Made by a program: the position numbers and the translations under genes
Notes under the pieces: generated by a model
Seen by the model: the letters and a program-made list of their open reading frames with translations, nothing else
What the model was told of the DNA's origin: nothing
The model's database searches: none
NCBI GenBank assembly: GCA_964621085.1
Contig: CAZUKY010000001.1
Coordinates: 100,937-164,936 of the forward strand
Length of the DNA: 64,000 bases
From: an uncultured Gammaproteobacteria bacterium
Lineage (GTDB): Bacteria; Patescibacteriota; Patescibacteriia; JACQRZ01
Direction of reading: 5' to 3'
In this document: piece by piece, positions 17,794-27,980 of the stretch
Layout: each line of letters begins with the position of its first letter
Numbering within the stretch: position 1 is the stretch's first letter

Positions 17794-18864
17794 TCAGCCC
17801 GCCAACCAGCGGACGATATCATGATACGTAACAAGCGCGATCAGGCCAAGCAGAAGCGCAAAACCGATCAGATGAATAATATTTTCGATCTCTTCCCGCA
17901 GTCGTTTGCGATGGATGAGCTCCAGGAGCACAAAAGCCGCCCGGCCGCCGTCCAGCGCCGGAATGGGCAGGACGTTGAGGATTGCCAAACTGACAGACAG
18001 CTGGGCAGCAAGCGCCAAAAAAGTCGCGATGCCGAAATTCCAGGCGGTTGCTGCATGCTTTGCGATGCCGACCGGACCCGCGACATTGGAGAAATCCTGC
18101 TTTCCGATCATCTGTCCCAGCACCAGAAACATCGAACGAGCAGTATCTTTGACATCAATGCCGGCCTGGACAAGTGCCCCTACTGGATCCAGTTTCACAA
18201 ATGCGAGTCGCTGCATTCTGATCCCAACCATCGGCTGTCCCTCTTCATTGCGCTGCGGGCGTACCGAACGAGTAACAACATCATCTCCGCGTTTGAGTCG
18301 AAACTCGATTTCCTGATCCGCATTTTTCCGTACCTGGTCCTGGACGGCATGCGTCGTTTCAACGGATGCGCCATTGATCGAAAGAATGACATCTCCCGCT
18401 TCTATGCCTGCGCGATCCGCTGGCGAATCTTTTGTCGCCTCAAAAATATGGACTGCGGGATTGGAAACCCCTCGCGTCGCATCATCCGTGACCGACCTGG
18501 TCACGCCGATCATGGAGACCAGCGAGAACAGGAGTACGGCTGTCGCAAGATTCATGAAAACACCGGCCAATAGGATCGCCAAACGACGGGGCATGGACTG
18601 GGACGCGAAACTATCCGGATCCGTGCGGGACTCTCCCTGCTCGCCTTTGAGCCGAACAAAGCCGCCAAACGGAAGCCAGTTGAGCGTATACACTGTCGAT
18701 CCGATGCGGATGCCTGCGGCGCGCGGCGGAAATCCGATGCCGAATTCATCGACGCGGACCCCGAAAAAACGGGCGGTAAAAAAATGTCCGGCCTCATGAA
18801 CAAGCACGAGGACACTGACAATGATGACAAATAAAAAAAATGTCCAAAGGAATGCCTCGATCAT
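17794..18864 (-). CDS. rseP: RIP site-2 zinc metalloprotease RseP (M50) with PDZ domain
   Basis: HEAGHF zinc site in the first TM helix, central PDZ domain, NVLPIPALDGG motif. Confidence 0.85.
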   Translation of the reverse strand: MIEAFLWTFFLFVIIVSVLVLVHEAGHFFTARFFGVRVDEFGIGFPPRAAGIRIGSTVYTLNWLPFGGFVRLKGEQGESRTDPDSFASQSMPRRLAILLAGVFMNLATAVLLFSLVSMIGVTRSVTDDATRGVSNPAVHIFEATKDSPADRAGIEAGDVILSINGASVETTHAVQDQVRKNADQEIEFRLKRGDDVVTRSVRPQRNEEGQPMVGIRMQRLAFVKLDPVGALVQAGIDVKDTARSMFLVLGQMIGKQDFSNVAGPVGIAKHAATAWNFGIATFLALAAQLSVSLAILNVLPIPALDGGRAAFVLLELIHRKRLREEIENIIHLIGFALLLGLIALVTYHDIVRWLAG

Positions 18865-18871
18865 AGCGAAC

Positions 18872-19423
18872 TCACACGGTCATGATATCTTTTTCTTTTG
18901 CCGCGCCGAGCTCGTCGATGCGTGAGGAATACTCGCGCGTGAGATCATCGAGCTCCTTTACAAGCGCATACCGGTCGTCTTCCGTGATCTCTTTTGCCTT
19001 TTCCGCCTTCTGGATCGCATCTTTAATCTCATCGCGGAGCCCGCGGATGGCGACGCGCGACTGTTCCATTTTCTGGTGAAGTGTTTTTACGAGCGCCTTC
19101 CGGTTTTCTTCGGTGAGATTGGGCATAATGACGCGGATCACCGCGCCGTCATTGACCGGATTCACGCCGATATTCGCGTTGACAATCGCCTTTTCGATTT
19201 CTTTCAGGAGCGACTTGTCCCACGGCGAGATGACGATTGTTTTTGCGTCTGTCACGCTGATGGATGCCGTATGCTGCAATGGCGTGGGCGTACCGTACGA
19301 ATCGACAGTGATATGTTCAACAAGCGCGGCATTCGCTCTGCCGGTCCGCAATGTCTTCATTTCCTGCGTAAAAAAATCGACATGTTTTTCGAAATCGCCC
19401 CGTCTGCTTTTTAAGTCTATCAT
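18872..19423 (-). CDS. frr: ribosome recycling factor
   Basis: 183 aa; full-length similarity to Frr. Confidence 0.95.
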   Translation of the reverse strand: MIDLKSRRGDFEKHVDFFTQEMKTLRTGRANAALVEHITVDSYGTPTPLQHTASISVTDAKTIVISPWDKSLLKEIEKAIVNANIGVNPVNDGAVIRVIMPNLTEENRKALVKTLHQKMEQSRVAIRGLRDEIKDAIQKAEKAKEITEDDRYALVKELDDLTREYSSRIDELGAAKEKDIMTV

Positions 19424-19437
19424 ATGGAGGTTACAGA

Positions 19438-20508
19438 TTAACGTGAAAAGCGCAGAAACGCATCGCCTGGCGCGCGGGTGAGTGTCCGCTCGCCAAGATA
19501 CAGGATGCGCGGATTATTCGGATCGATGGCCAGTGCGCCGGGCGTGCGCGTTCCCGGCACGGGTGTGACGCGCCAGTTTGCGCCGTTATCATCGGAAAAG
19601 TACAGCGTATTCGTTGTTGCGTAGTGGATTTCGCGCTCGTTGAGCGGATTCATTTCTACGGCTGTGATCCGCGTCTCGTCTCGAGGCAAAAGCGTTGCAA
19701 TGCGCTCCCACGTCTCACCGCCGTTAACGGTACGGAAAATTGCGTCGCGCGAGGCGTAGAGCACACTATTTGTCCGCGGCATACTCTTGAAAGATGCGTA
19801 TGCGAGCGTGCCGTTGTTCAGCGCCTCGAGTCCCTGTCCGACTTCTGCCCATGACTCGCCGCGCGTCGTGCTCTTAAAAATTTTTCCCCGATTCGTAGCA
19901 AGAAATGCGATCACGGAATCGAACGGGTCGATCACGATGCGCGCGACACCTTCTGCGTGCCGGAATACGCTCGTCCAGGTCTTGCCCGCATCCGCGCTCC
20001 GAAACACATCCCCTGCCGACGTGGAAAACATCAGCACATGAGGCAGATACGGGTCAACAGCGATACTTGTCAAAGCAGTATTGGCGCGCGCCTCATTATA
20101 CATGATGTGCCATTCTTCTGCGCAATTGAGGGTCTTAAGCACGCGCGTTGCTGTCGTCACATAGACGGTACACCGCGCTGTCGGATCAAGCGCAATATCG
20201 GTGATGGATTCCTTTGGGATCAGTTGCACCCAGTTCTCGCCGCCGCTATCAGAAACAAAGAGGCCGTTTTTTGCCGTGCCAAGGAAGATGAGATTTGATT
20301 TCCGTGGATCGATGACAATACGCGTCACGTCAAGGGACGAGAGTCGCACCTTTTTCTTTTCGGTCGTCATCATCGATACCGAACGCCACTCGGCGCCCGA
20401 ATTTTCCGACTTGAAGATCGCTCCTGATTTCGTCCCTCCAAACGTGCAACTCGCGCCAATGAGCAAGAAAGCGATAAAGACTCCTGATACGATTCCAAAT
20501 CGCCTCAT
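19438..20508 (-). CDS. secreted BNR/Ycf48-like beta-propeller repeat protein
   Basis: signal peptide; repeated S-x-D-x-G-x-(T/N)-W sialidase-type blades (SENSGAEW, SDSGGENW, SADAGKTW, TVNGGETW, SDDNGANW). Confidence 0.55.
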   Translation of the reverse strand: MRRFGIVSGVFIAFLLIGASCTFGGTKSGAIFKSENSGAEWRSVSMMTTEKKKVRLSSLDVTRIVIDPRKSNLIFLGTAKNGLFVSDSGGENWVQLIPKESITDIALDPTARCTVYVTTATRVLKTLNCAEEWHIMYNEARANTALTSIAVDPYLPHVLMFSTSAGDVFRSADAGKTWTSVFRHAEGVARIVIDPFDSVIAFLATNRGKIFKSTTRGESWAEVGQGLEALNNGTLAYASFKSMPRTNSVLYASRDAIFRTVNGGETWERIATLLPRDETRITAVEMNPLNEREIHYATTNTLYFSDDNGANWRVTPVPGTRTPGALAIDPNNPRILYLGERTLTRAPGDAFLRFSR

Positions 20509-21314
20509 ACGTGCCGAACGATCATATATTCGAACGCGGCGCCGAGCTGCCCATCCGAACGCATCCGGCCGGCTCTCAGCGACTCGTACAGTCGCCGGGA
20601 AACATCGAGTGATTGCGTCGTATCATGAAGCATATCTCGGATCAGCGCCTCAAGATGTGTGGAGTCTGATTCAGGGATATCGTCTGAAGCGCGCAGGGCT
20701 ATGGGCAGAGAGGATGAAAGGAGTTGGGCAAGCCGCTCTCGCCGTGACTCCAGATCCGCAAGCGCACCGTCGTGAGCAAGCGTCAGCGCAATGCCGGGTC
20801 GTCCGGCGCTGCAGTGCGCGATACGCGCCGCATCAGGATGATTGATTGCTGCGGCGATCTTATCTTCCGGAACAAGTCCGAATGAAATCCCCATGCACCG
20901 GGACCGAATCGTCCCGAGAACAGCAGACGCATCGTGAGCAATAAGAAAAAAATGTGTTCTCGCCGGGGGTTCCTCAAGACTCTTGAGAAGCGCGTTGCTT
21001 GCCGCATCAGTCAAACGTTCAGCCTCATCGATAAGGATCACGCGCACACCGCCGTCAAACGTTGTCTGATTGAGACTTGTTATAGCATCGCGCACCTGCT
21101 CGACTGAGATTGCCGCCGCGCGTACGCCCTTCTCACTGACCAGTCGCTCTAAGGTGGTGTGTTCGGACGGTTTCAAAAGACGAATAATCCAATCGGCAAC
21201 TGTCCGCTTTCCAACTCCGTTCGGCCCGCAAAACAAGTACGCGTGCGAAAGAGTGTCGCGCGCAATTGCGTCTTCCAGGTGATTCCGGATCTTCTCGTGC
21301 CCGATAATATTCAT
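20505..21314 (-). CDS. holB: DNA polymerase III delta-prime subunit
   Basis: AAA+ clamp-loader motifs HAYLFCGPNGVGKRT, ILIDEAERL; start chosen at MNIIGH (21314), which has a GGAG 9 nt upstream; the track ORF extends to 21440. Confidence 0.8.
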   Translation of the reverse strand: MNIIGHEKIRNHLEDAIARDTLSHAYLFCGPNGVGKRTVADWIIRLLKPSEHTTLERLVSEKGVRAAAISVEQVRDAITSLNQTTFDGGVRVILIDEAERLTDAASNALLKSLEEPPARTHFFLIAHDASAVLGTIRSRCMGISFGLVPEDKIAAAINHPDAARIAHCSAGRPGIALTLAHDGALADLESRRERLAQLLSSSLPIALRASDDIPESDSTHLEALIRDMLHDTTQSLDVSRRLYESLRAGRMRSDGQLGAAFEYMIVRHV

Positions 21315-21345
21315 ACGATAGTGCTCCATTGCACTAGTTAGGATA

Positions 21346-22431
21346 TCATACATTTTTGAGGCATTCCAGCGTTTGAGAAATCGTCTTCTCCCACGAAAAA
21401 CGCCGACAGTTACCCGCTCCAGCGGCAACAAGCGCCGCACGAAGCGAAGAGTCTGAAATGATACGCGTCAACGCATCCGCAATATCTTCCGGACGTGACG
21501 GATCAATAAACAGGGCTGCGTCTCCTGCAACTTCCGGAAGGCTGCCGGCACGGGAGGAGACGACCGGAATACCACATGCTTGCGCCTCAATAACCGGCAG
21601 TCCGAAACCCTCGTACAGACTCGGCTGAACAAGACACAGTGCGCCTTGAAGAAGTCGCACCTTCTCGGTCTCGGGAAGCCAGTCGGACACGCGGATGCGC
21701 GCCTGCGCCGAACTTGCCGCGATCGCGTGATCGATCTCGGCTGCATGGTGGCCCGGCGGACCCTGCAGTACAAGGTAAGGCGTTTCCGTGCCGAGCTTTT
21801 CAGAAAGCATCTCATACGCCCGAACGAGTGCGATCAGGTTTTTGCGGCGCTCCCTCCGACCGATACATAGGATATACGGCGCTCCTCCTGTCGGTACTGT
21901 GGCAGGGAGATACTTTTCCGCATCGTATCCCAAATGCGTCACAAGGATTTTTTCCGGATCAACGCCGCACAGCTCAACGATCTCTCGCTTTGAAAACTCG
22001 GAAACCGTCACAATGCGCGTCACCCGATGCGCCGCCCTACGCGATGTCAGTGCCAGATACGCGCTCGAGAGTGGTTTCCGCTCCTCGGGAAAACGCAGGA
22101 ATCCCACATCATGAATCGTTGTTACCGATTTTTTCGGCAACGCGAGCGGTAGTGCGCGCGCCGGCACAAAAAGCACGTCCGGCGGCCCGGCGAGCATTTC
22201 TGCCGAAAGCCGGATTTCGGACCAGAAGTACCGTGTCGGCCACGAGAGCACGCGCGGGTACACGCCCGGGATCTGCTCGACCGGCGGTTGGTCCGTATAT
22301 GCGCGAATCTCGACGCCTTCTGAGCGCATAGCGGAAAGCCCGGCGGTCATGCGCCACGCATACCACTCGATCCCCGTCTTTGCCCGCCGATACGCCGGCG
22401 AGGCGTCAATACCGATAATCATACCGCTCAA
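21346..22431 (-). CDS. glycosyltransferase family 4 (GT-B, group 1)
   Basis: C-terminal EGFGLPVIEAQACGIPVV motif typical of GT4. Confidence 0.8.
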   Translation of the reverse strand: MSGMIIGIDASPAYRRAKTGIEWYAWRMTAGLSAMRSEGVEIRAYTDQPPVEQIPGVYPRVLSWPTRYFWSEIRLSAEMLAGPPDVLFVPARALPLALPKKSVTTIHDVGFLRFPEERKPLSSAYLALTSRRAAHRVTRIVTVSEFSKREIVELCGVDPEKILVTHLGYDAEKYLPATVPTGGAPYILCIGRRERRKNLIALVRAYEMLSEKLGTETPYLVLQGPPGHHAAEIDHAIAASSAQARIRVSDWLPETEKVRLLQGALCLVQPSLYEGFGLPVIEAQACGIPVVSSRAGSLPEVAGDAALFIDPSRPEDIADALTRIISDSSLRAALVAAGAGNCRRFSWEKTISQTLECLKNV

Positions 22432-22523
22432 ACGTACTACAATATCGCATTTTTTTCAAAACCTCAACCTTGACATTTTTTATCTTGCACTCGAGAACGA
22501 AATACAAGAAAGGGGTGAACGGC

Positions 22524-23021
22524 ATGGAAAAGACGGTATCTCCTTCCCTGGGCAGTTTCTGGCGGGCGACGCGCCACACGCGCGTCATTATGCTCCCAAT
22601 AATCCTCGCTGTCAGCGGACTTGACGCCTGGCGCAGCAACTACTCCCTCGAACTTTCCGTCATTGTATTTGCCGCGCACGCATCGACTCTGATTGCCTGC
22701 GAGCTCTTCGTCTCGAGTCTCTACGTCAGACTCATGCACAAGGGCGAAAGCGACTTCGAGAACTTCTACCGCATCGCGATGCTTCTCGCGTTTGTGAGCG
22801 GGGCGACCTTCATGTGGGTCATCGAACCGCTTCCGCGCCACTTTCTCGCCGGACCGGTTCCGCGACTTGTCTGCGAAGCCCTGGCAATCATGACCTTCTC
22901 GACCATGGCGCATATTTCCAGGCACGACTTCGGGAACCCATTCGCATACAAGATCAACGCGGATGTCTTCAAGTACGGCTTCCTCCTCTGGGCATTCTGC
23001 CTGGCAGCACTTCATCCCTAA
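22524..23021 (+). CDS. hypothetical membrane protein
   Basis: start MEKTVS preceded by AGGGG RBS; 4 hydrophobic helices; the antisense ORF is highly charged and less protein-like. Confidence 0.35.
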   Translation: MEKTVSPSLGSFWRATRHTRVIMLPIILAVSGLDAWRSNYSLELSVIVFAAHASTLIACELFVSSLYVRLMHKGESDFENFYRIAMLLAFVSGATFMWVIEPLPRHFLAGPVPRLVCEALAIMTFSTMAHISRHDFGNPFAYKINADVFKYGFLLWAFCLAALHP

Positions 23022-23058
23022 GCCGTACACGCGTGTATCCCCCCCTTTTTTTCATAAC

Positions 23059-23090
23059 GGCAGCCCCTACCCGGCTGCCGATATTTTTTT
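23059..23090 (+). terminator. rho-independent terminator ggcagcc-cctaccc-ggctgcc-T8
   Basis: downstream of the 22524..23021 gene. Confidence 0.5.
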
Positions 23091-23109
23091 AAAAACTTCT
23101 TGTTTGTTT

Positions 23110-24129
23110 TTAAGAACCCGTTCCGCTTTCTGCGGCGGAACGACCCTTTTTATTGTAAGCGGTTTCCATAACCTGGCTTCCGGCAATGGCGAGCGCGAGC
23201 AGCAGCGCGTAGCATGCGAGAAATACCCCGACGGAGATCGGTATGCCGCGAAGCGTGCCGAGAATGAATGCCGTATACCACGACGTGATCGAGATTGCGC
23301 CGAGTGCGAACGCGAGGCGGCGCATGCGGCGCGGAGCGCCCGTCTCCTGGCGCGAAGAAAGGAACGAAAACTTCAAGAGCTGCGGCGCGATTATGATGTT
23401 CAGAAAGGCGCCGTTTATGATAATGACCGCAACGACTACCATCTTGCCCACAAACTTCGATGACGCAAGAAGCGCATCGGGATTTTGAAGAAAAAGGCCG
23501 GCACCCGTTGCAACCAGCAGGGCGAGCGCAAACCAAATGACATTGGAAAGCGTATTCAAAATGCCCGTCTCCCATGCGGAAAAACGAAAATCTTTCAAAA
23601 ATTTAAAAAAGAAAACATCCGCAACCGTTGCGCCGCCAAGCCCGATGGCAGCCGCGATGGCGTGCACGGTCACGATGGCCTGCCGATATTCGGACAAGAG
23701 GAAGATCGGATCCCATCGCATCGCGTGTACTGATGCGAAAAAAATAACAAGGCACGCAATCGCCGATCCAATGCACCACGTGCACCACTGGCGCAATACT
23801 GCCGCCTGAATGAAAATCAAATATGCCGAAAAAAGCGTTGCAAGCGCTGTTGCCGCCAAGAGGACGAACGACGTTGCTGGCTGCTGCACTGCCGGAATGA
23901 ACGCATACGCCGCGTATCCCACAACGATACAGGCGTAATAGGCCATTCCAAGCACTTCTACGGGCACATGCAAAAACCGCGAGTAATCACTCCGAACAAC
24001 AGTATCGCAGTCCGAGCCAAGAGGGCATGTGAGTTTTTTTTCCTTGCGCTTATTCGAATGGATGCTCGCAGCAATCGCAAACCCGGCACATCCCGCGGCA
24101 ATCACGACAAGTTCAAGACTCAATGACAT
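23110..24129 (-). CDS. vitamin K epoxide reductase (VKOR) family membrane protein with C-terminal membrane extension
   Basis: VKOR active-site pairs CPLGSDC and WCTWC within TM helices. Confidence 0.7.
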   Translation of the reverse strand: MSLSLELVVIAAGCAGFAIAASIHSNKRKEKKLTCPLGSDCDTVVRSDYSRFLHVPVEVLGMAYYACIVVGYAAYAFIPAVQQPATSFVLLAATALATLFSAYLIFIQAAVLRQWCTWCIGSAIACLVIFFASVHAMRWDPIFLLSEYRQAIVTVHAIAAAIGLGGATVADVFFFKFLKDFRFSAWETGILNTLSNVIWFALALLVATGAGLFLQNPDALLASSKFVGKMVVVAVIIINGAFLNIIIAPQLLKFSFLSSRQETGAPRRMRRLAFALGAISITSWYTAFILGTLRGIPISVGVFLACYALLLALAIAGSQVMETAYNKKGRSAAESGTGS

Positions 24130-24162
24130 GGTCGTTTGATTACGATTCGAGGGGTTGCGACC

Positions 24163-25179
24163 CTACTTTGTCGCTAAAATACTTCGTTTGTACGCCTCAA
24201 GATTTTCCAGAACGATACCGGTCCCCTTCGCGACGCAGAGCAGCGCCTCATCGGCAATATAGGCCGGAATGCCGGTTGCGCGCGTGATGAGCTGATCGAG
24301 GTTGCGTAACAGGCAGCTGCCGCCGGACATGATGATTCCTCGATCGATAATATCTGCCGCCAGCTCGGGCGGCGTATTCTGAAGCACCGCCTTTACGGCG
24401 GAAATAATGCCGTCAAGCTCGTCGGATACCGCATCCGTAACATCGTCAGAGGTTGCCGTAATTGTTTTCGGGAGACCGGAAAGGACATCGCGTCCGCGCA
24501 CATCCATGGTGAGTTTTTCCTCCAGGTATAGCGAGGATCCGATCGTGATCTTGATCTCTTCTGCGGTTCGGTCGCCGATCGCAAGGCCATAGCGCTTGCG
24601 GATGTGCTCGGTGATAGCGGCATCGAACTTGTTTCCACCAATCCGAACTGAGGTGGAATGAACCACGCCGCCCAAGCTGATGACCGCCATCTCGGCCGTG
24701 CCGCCGCCGATGTCGATGATCATGTGGCCCGACGCGTTTCCGATCGGAATATTCGCGCCAATGGCAGCGGCGACCGGTTCCTTGATAATATAGGCTGCCT
24801 TTGCGCCGGCCGCCAGTGTTGCATCGATAACGGCACGCCGCTCGGTCGAGGTAATGCCGGCAGGAACGGACACCATGACCTCCGGACGAAACAAACGCAA
24901 GCCGCCCAGCGCCTTGTTAATGAAATACCGAAGCATCGCCTCGGTTGTCCGGTAGTCGGCAATCACGCCATCTTTCAGCGGACGGTATGCAACGATCGTA
25001 TCCGGGGTACGGCCCAACATTTCTTTTGCCTCGCGTCCGACGGCGAGCACTTTTTTGTCGATAATGGAAACAGCGACAACGGACGGCTCATTGATGACGA
25101 TGCCCCGCTTGGGCGCATGCACGAGCACGTTCGTTGTTCCAAGATCAATGCCGAGTTTTCTCGTTAAAAATAATCCCAT
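24163..25179 (-). CDS. mreB: rod shape-determining protein MreB
   Basis: 338 aa actin-like ATPase; IDLGTTN phosphate-1 motif, full-length similarity. Confidence 0.95.
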   Translation of the reverse strand: MGLFLTRKLGIDLGTTNVLVHAPKRGIVINEPSVVAVSIIDKKVLAVGREAKEMLGRTPDTIVAYRPLKDGVIADYRTTEAMLRYFINKALGGLRLFRPEVMVSVPAGITSTERRAVIDATLAAGAKAAYIIKEPVAAAIGANIPIGNASGHMIIDIGGGTAEMAVISLGGVVHSTSVRIGGNKFDAAITEHIRKRYGLAIGDRTAEEIKITIGSSLYLEEKLTMDVRGRDVLSGLPKTITATSDDVTDAVSDELDGIISAVKAVLQNTPPELAADIIDRGIIMSGGSCLLRNLDQLITRATGIPAYIADEALLCVAKGTGIVLENLEAYKRSILATK

Positions 25180-25224
25180 AGGAGCCTTTGCGTAACGGAC
25201 GGCGAATGTGCGTTTGCGAATGCG

Positions 25225-27129
25225 TTAAAATCTGATCTCGAACTTTCTGTCGAGCCGCAAGTCGGCAATGAACTGTGCACTGGTAAGACCGATCTTTCCA
25301 TTGAAGAACCCTCGCGGCGAGACGTCACGAATCGGGCTCTTGAATCCGAAGTCTCCGGCAAATCGCTGATTCGCGACACCCGACTGCTTTTGAACAAATA
25401 ATGTATACAACCCATTTTTCTTGCGCTCGGCTATCCAGCTGGGAAGACGATATTCGATAACAAACCGATGCGCCGCGCGAGGCTCGACGACAAAATAGGC
25501 GCCGACCTCCATCTTACCATGCGCGCGCGAAAGCTCAAGCTGGCCCTCTTCATCCGACAACTCGCGCACCATCGCCCCCTCCCAACGCACAATCTCGCTG
25601 CCGTCCGGTATGTAGATGCGGACATAATTCCGGTAGCGGGTCGTATCCCAGGAGAACATGCCGTTGTTGCGATACAGGAGTTCAACGCGCGACACGAGAC
25701 TGCCGTCATCCTGCTCAACGACCGAGTAACGGATATCCTTATCCATCACCGCATCCGTTTTCATGCTCCCCATATTGCTGTCAACGACCATGAGGAAATC
25801 TTCCCTTCCCTGCGAAATCGCGCCGCCCCAGTACCGCGAGAGAATCTGCTGTTGAAGCTGCGGATCGTTCGCGTACAGCAGGATGTGTTTTTCATTCAGC
25901 TTGGTCTCGAATGTCTTTGCCAGCTCAAGAAGGGTCTCGCCAGACAGCGAATTGATCTTTCCGAGAATCGCGCTTCCGATCTTTCCGACGATTTGCTTTC
26001 GCTGCGACTCCTCGATGCCCTGGTCTACATACCCCTTTTCCACATGGTACTGCAGCTCTTTCGTAAACGTATCTGCAGAGAATTCGATTCCGTCGATGCG
26101 TACCGGGCCCACAACGCGCAGCAGCGACTCCATAACATCGGGGGTCATAGCGATGACGCCGTCCAGATGTTCCTTGCCGCCCTGTTTTTGGTAAAACCAC
26201 TGCGCCTGAGAAGCGGCCTCGCGGAAGTCGGCAGACCAGTTGGAGTCGCGAAGAAACCATTTTTGCAGTGAACCGGGGAAATACCGCACGAACGGCTCGG
26301 GCGGACGCACCGACAGTGATGCGGCTGCGGGATAATCAAAATTATAGATATTATCCGTCATGAACGAGACGACGCTGCCATTTTTGATTTTCATGATGCC
26401 GTAATTGCCGATGAACCCCCCGGTACCCCGCACCTCGCTGTTGTTTTGAAGGAGGAAAAGATAGGTCTTCTCCTCAGGAAAACCGGTAAACGCAGGCAAA
26501 AAGGATACATAGGGTATCGTATGATCCAGAATATCCAGCAGTTGCTCGTCGTATTCGCGGAGCTGATTGCGTACGGAGTGCAATTGCGGCAGCAAGCGCG
26601 CATCAGGGATCCGCTCCATTGATTGCAGAGCCAGAGCGATATTCGCGCGTGCTGCAACAAGATCGGTTTCGGACCGAGAGAGGGCCTGAAGGAGGCGGTA
26701 TTTCCCTTCAGCCGAGATGCGTTCGGGCGCAAACGATCCTCCGTCTTCGCCGCCGAGCGCCTGGAATGCGCGCTTCGCAACGATCACAAGATCGCTTGCC
26801 GCATTCATGCTTTGCATTCCCGATTGCAAAAGAGCATCAACGCCTTTGATATGCGCCCCGACAATCGGAGTGCTGTGCAAGACCATTGCATATTCAAAGA
26901 GCTCGTCGATGCGGGCAAGCCGTTTTTCTGACTCCGCGATGGAAGCCTCAAGCTTCGCGATGTCCTTTTCCGCCGCTGCCGCGCGAACCGCAATCAGCGA
27001 CTGCTTGAGCGCGACGCCTTCGCGGGCAATCATCCAGCCCCACACCACAAACGGCGCAAGTGCGAATACAAGCGCGAACGTCGCACCGATAATAATTATC
27101 CGTCTCTTTTTTCCCGACAGGCGCGCCAT
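25225..27129 (-). CDS. hypothetical membrane-anchored protein (DUF4012-like) heading the glycosyltransferase cluster
   Basis: N-terminal TM, coiled coil, large extracytoplasmic domain; start uncertain (27129, 27174 or 27207); the longer forms overlap the upstream GT2. Confidence 0.5.
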   Translation of the reverse strand: MARLSGKKRRIIIIGATFALVFALAPFVVWGWMIAREGVALKQSLIAVRAAAAEKDIAKLEASIAESEKRLARIDELFEYAMVLHSTPIVGAHIKGVDALLQSGMQSMNAASDLVIVAKRAFQALGGEDGGSFAPERISAEGKYRLLQALSRSETDLVAARANIALALQSMERIPDARLLPQLHSVRNQLREYDEQLLDILDHTIPYVSFLPAFTGFPEEKTYLFLLQNNSEVRGTGGFIGNYGIMKIKNGSVVSFMTDNIYNFDYPAAASLSVRPPEPFVRYFPGSLQKWFLRDSNWSADFREAASQAQWFYQKQGGKEHLDGVIAMTPDVMESLLRVVGPVRIDGIEFSADTFTKELQYHVEKGYVDQGIEESQRKQIVGKIGSAILGKINSLSGETLLELAKTFETKLNEKHILLYANDPQLQQQILSRYWGGAISQGREDFLMVVDSNMGSMKTDAVMDKDIRYSVVEQDDGSLVSRVELLYRNNGMFSWDTTRYRNYVRIYIPDGSEIVRWEGAMVRELSDEEGQLELSRAHGKMEVGAYFVVEPRAAHRFVIEYRLPSWIAERKKNGLYTLFVQKQSGVANQRFAGDFGFKSPIRDVSPRGFFNGKIGLTSAQFIADLRLDRKFEIRF

Positions 27130-27136
27130 TGCCGTG

Positions 27137-27970
27137 TCATGCGCGACTGCCGCTTCCAAAGGGCTTTGGGACATAGTCTTTCCGATGTTTGATAAAGAAT
27201 CGTACACCGCTTGCCATATGCGCGCGCGCCGCGCGATCGAACAGGCCTTTAAAAAAACCTTTTTGCGCCGAGTCCCGCTTATAGAGATGGATCATCTGCG
27301 CCTGCGGGACATAGCAGACACGAAAGCCCGCCTGCCAGAACCTCTTGCACCAGTCAGTATCCTCGAAATAAAGAAAAAACCGCTCGCTGTCCATCATGCC
27401 GACACGCTCTATTGCGGATCGTCGAACAAACAGCGCAGCTCCCAAGAGCCAGTCAACCTCCATACCGCGCGTAGGATCGGCGTCCTTCATAAGAAAATGA
27501 TCCAGATGCGCACGGCCGGCCTTCCATCTGCCGATCGGCAACCGCCGGAAAAAGGGCGTAAGCGGACGGTAAAAGCGGTAGTACGATTGTTGGATGCTCC
27601 GATCCGGATTCAGAAGCTGCGGCCCCGCGATACCGACGTCGGGATGCGCTTCCATATACTCGAACAAGCGATCCAAGACGCCGGGCAGCGCTGTCGCGTC
27701 CGGATTCAAGACGAAGACGTATGTTCCCCGCGCAAGCGAGATTCCCGTATTCACCCCGGCAGAAAAACCCCTGTTTTCGCGCAACGGAATATAGGCCGCA
27801 TGTGCGAAATTCGAACGCAGCATTTCTTTCAGTCCCGGATCGCGGCCGTTATCGACCACGATGCACTCAAAACGGATCGAGTGACTGAGTGCGGCAAAAC
27901 TGCGAAGACACTCGCGCACCAAGTGCTTCGTCCGATAATTCACGATGACAATGGAAACATCCATACGCAT
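27137..27970 (-). CDS. glycosyltransferase family 2
   Basis: VSIVIVNYRT start; GT-A fold with DxD. Confidence 0.8.
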   Translation of the reverse strand: MRMDVSIVIVNYRTKHLVRECLRSFAALSHSIRFECIVVDNGRDPGLKEMLRSNFAHAAYIPLRENRGFSAGVNTGISLARGTYVFVLNPDATALPGVLDRLFEYMEAHPDVGIAGPQLLNPDRSIQQSYYRFYRPLTPFFRRLPIGRWKAGRAHLDHFLMKDADPTRGMEVDWLLGAALFVRRSAIERVGMMDSERFFLYFEDTDWCKRFWQAGFRVCYVPQAQMIHLYKRDSAQKGFFKGLFDRAARAHMASGVRFFIKHRKDYVPKPFGSGSRA

Positions 27971-27980
27971 TCACGTGTCT

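Noticed and set aside
22470-22500. TTGACA hexamer upstream of the 22524 gene as a promoter
   Set aside because: No acceptable -10 element lies at a 16-19-nt spacing.
22464-23030. 188-aa minus-strand ORF
   Set aside because: It is highly charged with no hydrophobic core. The plus-strand ORF has an RBS, TM helices and a downstream terminator.
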